A DNA stretch of 15,788 bases. Origin: an archaeon. GTDB taxonomy: Archaea > Nanobdellota > Nanobdellia > Pacearchaeales > GW2011-AR1. Positions 12,312 to 15,788 of the stretch are shown here, one piece after another; position 1 is the stretch's first letter, and every line of letters begins with the position of its first letter. The DNA is taken from the NCBI GenBank assembly GCA_030679115.1, contig JAUXTS010000046.1, positions 1-15,788 of the forward strand. The letters run 5' to 3'. The translations under genes and the position numbers were made by a program. Below the pieces are notes generated by a model. The model was not told the origin of the DNA. It was given only the letters and a program-made list of their open reading frames with translations, and searched no databases.

Positions 12312-14009
12312 CTATTTCCTTTCTCCCTTCTTAGCATCTTTCTCTATATCCTTTAATGTTGCAATTTCATCAATCTTCTTATCAGGGCGATAATGCGTAA
12401 TTCTTGGAAATCTCATTGCATATCCTGAACTATAAGACGGACTCTTTTGAATATTCTGATAAGTTACAGAAACAACAATTTTCGGAGAAACTTTAACCGC
12501 ATTGCCTTCTTTTCCAATAATCAATGGCTTCAATAATTTGCTCATCTCTTCATAAGTCGTTCCCCCTTCATTTTCCTTTTCCTTAAGTCCAGAGCCAACT
12601 TTTCCAACTTCAAGAAATTCTCCGTTATCAGAACACGCAACAATGTAACTTGTCAGCAATCCCGCTCTTTTTCCGCTTCCGTACTCCGCTCCGACAATAA
12701 CTAAATCTAAATCTGCAACTTCAGGTTTTAATTTAACCATATAGCCGACTCTTCTCTGTTGTTTATACGGCGCATCAAGTTTTTTTACCATAACTCCTTC
12801 TTCTCCAACTTTCAATGCTTCATGATAAAATTTCTCCGCTTCTTCTTCATTCCCAATAACTTTCTGCACAGAAGTTCTTATCTTCCACGGAACATTCTTG
12901 ATAATCTTTTCGATAATTTTTCTTCTTTCAGTATAAGGCTTAACCATTACATTCTCCCCATCATAATATAAAACATCAAATACATTGACTTCAACAGGCA
13001 ACTTCTCAATCAATTTGTCAATATCATATTTTCTTTTTATTCTCTGTGAAATTGCTTGAAAAGGCATATATTTCCCGCTTTTTCTGTCAAATCCAACAGC
13101 TTCAGTATCCAAAATAAAACTCTCTCCCCGGACATTTTTCAAAATTGCGTCAACAACATCTGGAAACTGTGCAGTCACATCATCCAGTCTTCTGGTAAAT
13201 AATTTGACTTCATTTCCTTTTTTATTTATCACCAATCTGAAACCATCATACTTGAACTCAAATGCTGCAGGTTTTCCAACAGCCTCAAATGCTTCTTTAA
13301 CATTTTCAACTTTCACGGCGAGCATTACTTTCATAGGTGTTCCAACCTTAATCTCAATTTTCTCAAGTTCTTTCACCCCTTTAGCCGCTGCGCTGAATAC
13401 AATCGCAAAATCATTTACCAAATCATAAGCTTCCTCGATTTTAACAACCATCTCCTCCTTCTTCCCTTCAAAAAATGCTTCAGTAATAGAATCTCTCAAA
13501 ACTCCTTCAGCAACTCCAATCCTTAAATCATTCAATAAAGTTCTAATTATGTATTTAGCTTCTTTTCCATTCGCCGAAGCAAGCAATTCAGAAATTAAGT
13601 TTATTTTTTTATCAACTGCACCTTTTCCTTCAATATCCATAACTCTCCGCAGATTATCAAAAACTTTCTCAACAGTCAGCGCTTTTGAAAATAATGCTGA
13701 TTGTTTTCTCTTGTCAGCAAACTTTTCTGCAATTTCCCCCAAATCTCCAATCTTATTGAATTCCGCAATAACTTTATCATTATTTATCCCGAATGCGGAT
13801 GAAATAGCCTTGAAAGCCAACTGCCTTGAAATCCCAAACTCTCTTGCATCATAATCTGCAACAACTTTTCCATAGAATAAATATCCCCATTCTGGTTTTC
13901 CTTTTTCTTTCAGCTTTCTTAAAAAAGGAGCAAGTATAGAAACCTTTTCAAGCCTCTTAGGAGTTGCCCCAAGTTTTTCATATATATCCACAAACTCCGA
14001 ATATTTCAT
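12312..14009 (-). CDS. lig: ATP-dependent DNA ligase
   Basis: Adenylation motif I (EFKYDGFR), then LDTEAV, EGVMVK and MVKLKPE, plus an OB-fold region ending in MRFPRI. At 565 aa it is the typical archaeal Lig length. Confidence 0.95.
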   Translation of the reverse strand: MKYSEFVDIYEKLGATPKRLEKVSILAPFLRKLKEKGKPEWGYLFYGKVVADYDAREFGISRQLAFKAISSAFGINNDKVIAEFNKIGDLGEIAEKFADKRKQSALFSKALTVEKVFDNLRRVMDIEGKGAVDKKINLISELLASANGKEAKYIIRTLLNDLRIGVAEGVLRDSITEAFFEGKKEEMVVKIEEAYDLVNDFAIVFSAAAKGVKELEKIEIKVGTPMKVMLAVKVENVKEAFEAVGKPAAFEFKYDGFRLVINKKGNEVKLFTRRLDDVTAQFPDVVDAILKNVRGESFILDTEAVGFDRKSGKYMPFQAISQRIKRKYDIDKLIEKLPVEVNVFDVLYYDGENVMVKPYTERRKIIEKIIKNVPWKIRTSVQKVIGNEEEAEKFYHEALKVGEEGVMVKKLDAPYKQQRRVGYMVKLKPEVADLDLVIVGAEYGSGKRAGLLTSYIVACSDNGEFLEVGKVGSGLKEKENEGGTTYEEMSKLLKPLIIGKEGNAVKVSPKIVVSVTYQNIQKSPSYSSGYAMRFPRITHYRPDKKIDEIATLKDIEKDAKKGERK

Positions 14010-14043
14010 ATATTAAATAATAAAAGATGATATTTAATCCTAA

Positions 14044-14403
14044 CTATAGCGTCCCGACAAACAAATTGAAAAATAAACTCAAAACTATAATAATTACTGA
14101 CTCCCAAACAACAACTCCCAGAACATAATACTTCCAGTCCATCTTTTTAGCCTTGAAAAATATCTGTCTTATTCCAAAAAAGGCAATCAATCCAAATACT
14201 ATCAAAATTGGCAAAAGCCCAATGGAATCAAAAAGAGATATGTACAAATATAATACATATTCAAAAAGACCAAGCCATATGGAAGTAAAAATACCTGCCC
14301 ATCCCCAATCAAAACCCCCTCCAACCAAACCAACTGAAATATTCAAAACCAGCGTAATCGCAAAACAAGTCAAAACAAATCTACCTATTCCAGATTCTTT
14401 CAT
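14044..14403 (-). CDS. hypothetical integral membrane protein (about 4 TM helices)
   Basis: ORF that is hydrophobic throughout, located between radB and lig on the same strand. No family recognised. Confidence 0.5.
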   Translation of the reverse strand: MKESGIGRFVLTCFAITLVLNISVGLVGGGFDWGWAGIFTSIWLGLFEYVLYLYISLFDSIGLLPILIVFGLIAFFGIRQIFFKAKKMDWKYYVLGVVVWESVIIIVLSLFFNLFVGTL

Positions 14404-14439
14404 AAAAACAACAACCTCCAGACATATATAAAGATTATC

Positions 14440-15141
14440 TTACAGCCATCCCCTCTTCTTCACGCCATCATTTGTAATCTGAAATCCCATATTTTTTTCT
14501 TTAATGCTCCTATGCTTTCTCAAATAAATTCTTCTACTCCCCTCCTTATTTTCCAGTTCTATTAAGCACTTAGCCCAATATCTCAAAATATCTCCTCCAA
14601 CCATCCTCTGCCCATCCTCCCATTTATACACCTGATTTGTTACCAGGATAGGAATATTTCTTTTTCTTGCGATTTCAGCAAGAATTTTCATCTGCCTTAC
14701 AAGCTCTGAATTTATTTCTCTCATCTTATCCTCTCCGTTTTCTCTTGCTAATGCTAAATCCAACCTATAAAGAATTGCCATCCCATCAACAATTATTAAA
14801 CTCGCTTCTTTTTTCAAATTCTTATATAATTTATCAAAAACTTTTTTCTGTTCTGAAAAATCAGTTGGCTTCAATAATAAAATATTCTTCAAAACCTTTT
14901 CATAATTTTCCCCGCTAATCTGTTTCACTCTTTCAACACTGAAGCCTCCTTCTGTATCAACAAAAATAACCTTATTTCCTTTTTTCGCCTGTGAAACAGC
15001 AGCTAACAGACAGAGATTAGTCTTTCCAGTTCCAGGTCCGCCGTAAAATACAGTTATGATATCTCTTTCATAACCTCCAAGAAGCCATTTATTCAAATCA
15101 TGACTTCCAGCAGAAATCTTCTCTTCTTTCATTAAAATCAT
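14440..15141 (-). CDS. radB: RadB (short RadA paralogue, recombinase-family ATPase)
   Basis: Walker A (GGPGTGKT), VDTEGGFS, Walker B (LIIVDG) and NIPILVTNQV. At 233 aa it lacks the N-terminal HhH domain of RadA and is colinear with Pyrococcus-type RadB as I remember it. Confidence 0.8.
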   Translation of the reverse strand: MILMKEEKISAGSHDLNKWLLGGYERDIITVFYGGPGTGKTNLCLLAAVSQAKKGNKVIFVDTEGGFSVERVKQISGENYEKVLKNILLLKPTDFSEQKKVFDKLYKNLKKEASLIIVDGMAILYRLDLALARENGEDKMREINSELVRQMKILAEIARKRNIPILVTNQVYKWEDGQRMVGGDILRYWAKCLIELENKEGSRRIYLRKHRSIKEKNMGFQITNDGVKKRGWL

Positions 15142-15184
15142 TCAAAATAAAACTATATAAAAATAGTTATAAAAAAATAATAGT

Positions 15185-15385
15185 TTACTTCTTCCTCTTG
15201 GATATAGTTGTTCCGCATTTCTGGCATATTTTATTATGCATTACAGAATGTACCATTATTAAAGCAGAAGCTACAACAATTACCCACAAAGATGTGTCAA
15301 CTGTAGCAAGCAACCATGGCCATAATGCAAGCACGAAAATCACTGCGCCTAAAATAACATTAACAACTGTGCAATTACAATTCAT
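15185..15385 (-). CDS. small two-TM membrane protein with Cys pairs at both termini
   Basis: N-terminal MNCNC and C-terminal CQKC flank two hydrophobic helices. A basic tail (SKRKK) follows. No family recognised. Confidence 0.45.
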   Translation of the reverse strand: MNCNCTVVNVILGAVIFVLALWPWLLATVDTSLWVIVVASALIMVHSVMHNKICQKCGTTISKRKK

Positions 15386-15431
15386 TTTTTACCTCCTCTT
15401 ATTTAATAGAATAAATCCTTGTTAATAAACC

Positions 15432-15764
15432 TTACCTTAATTTCTTTCGTTTATTCCTTCTTCCAACCAGCCACCCTATCAACATTCCCCAAATAATAAA
15501 AGATATCAAACTACCAATCCAAAATAATAAAACCCCATTTGGTCCAACCGTGCTCAAATTCGGATTTGCTCCGAGCAAAAAGAAAGGAAAACTTAAAACT
15601 AGAAATACAACTGCAATAAAATTCTGAATAGGATTCCAGCAAGATATCCCTACAATTTGACTATCTATTTCACACTTAATTAAATATCCGCTAATTAGAA
15701 ATATTGAGATAAAAACTATCCAAACTAAAAATCCTATTATTCCGCCTTTAAGATAAGTTCTCAT
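15432..15764 (-). CDS. hypothetical membrane protein (110 aa, 3-4 TM helices)
   Basis: Hydrophobic ORF with a basic C-terminal tail (RRNKRKKLR). No family recognised. Confidence 0.5.
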   Translation of the reverse strand: MRTYLKGGIIGFLVWIVFISIFLISGYLIKCEIDSQIVGISCWNPIQNFIAVVFLVLSFPFFLLGANPNLSTVGPNGVLLFWIGSLISFIIWGMLIGWLVGRRNKRKKLR

Positions 15765-15788
15765 ATTAACTGTAAAAAAACTAAACTT

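Noticed and set aside
503-15425. Antisense or shadow ORFs in the track: 503..697, 936..1148, 1786..2001, 2466..2756, 2946..3164, 3354..3542, 3419..3688, 4470..4706, 4789..5025, 10805..11056, 11726..12007, 12759..12971, 13204..13428, 13549..13854, 14153..14431, 14667..14918, 15198..15425
   Set aside because: Each lies entirely opposite a gene with strong family-level motifs. Each translates to low-complexity Phe/Leu/Ser/Ile-rich sequence, typical of the reverse strand of AT-rich coding DNA. None has recognisable motifs or independent start signals.
1-15788. CRISPR arrays, rRNA genes, integrases or transposases, and prophage structural genes
   Set aside because: No regularly spaced direct repeats are present. 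No rRNA-like conserved stretches are present. No ORF has recombinase or transposase catalytic motifs (R-H-R-Y or DDE) that I could recognise.

Overview
AT-rich, tightly packed archaeal chromosomal segment. TBP, ATP-dependent DNA ligase, RadB, an Nre-family repair protein and deoxyhypusine synthase place it in Archaea. The low GC content, short genes and a bacterial-type PlsC-like acyltransferase suggest a DPANN-like or similar uncultivated lineage, but that is inference only. The left half is one minus-strand operon joined by ATGA overlaps: DHH/RecJ-like phosphoesterase, an acylphosphatase-UppS fusion, then deoxyhypusine synthase. A hicB-hicA pair and a small ORF trail this operon. At the window edge they meet a convergent MntA(partial)/HepT toxin-antitoxin pair. 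The middle holds a SIMPL-domain envelope protein, a membrane-anchored ArsR-like regulator, an orphan 341-aa protein followed by nre, and a two-gene cassette (small wHTH protein plus a free-standing double-LAGLIDADG nuclease-like protein). The right half carries a PlsC-like acyltransferase, tbp, lig, radB and small membrane proteins. I recognised no rRNA, tRNA, CRISPR array, integrase or transposase. The least explained part is the 484-nt gap at 10211-10694, between two genes that point away from each other. It contains a locally GC-rich pair of nested hairpins with compensatory stem substitutions, flanked by an 11-nt perfect direct repeat, and it lies next to the LAGLIDADG cassette. Other points worth checking are a hicA with an intact catalytic core but no canonical start codon, sitting behind four copies of one 11-mer; the AcyP-UppS fusion; and a perfect palindrome holding two TATA boxes upstream of tbp. 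All protein calls rest on motifs read by eye from the supplied translations. No database search was run.
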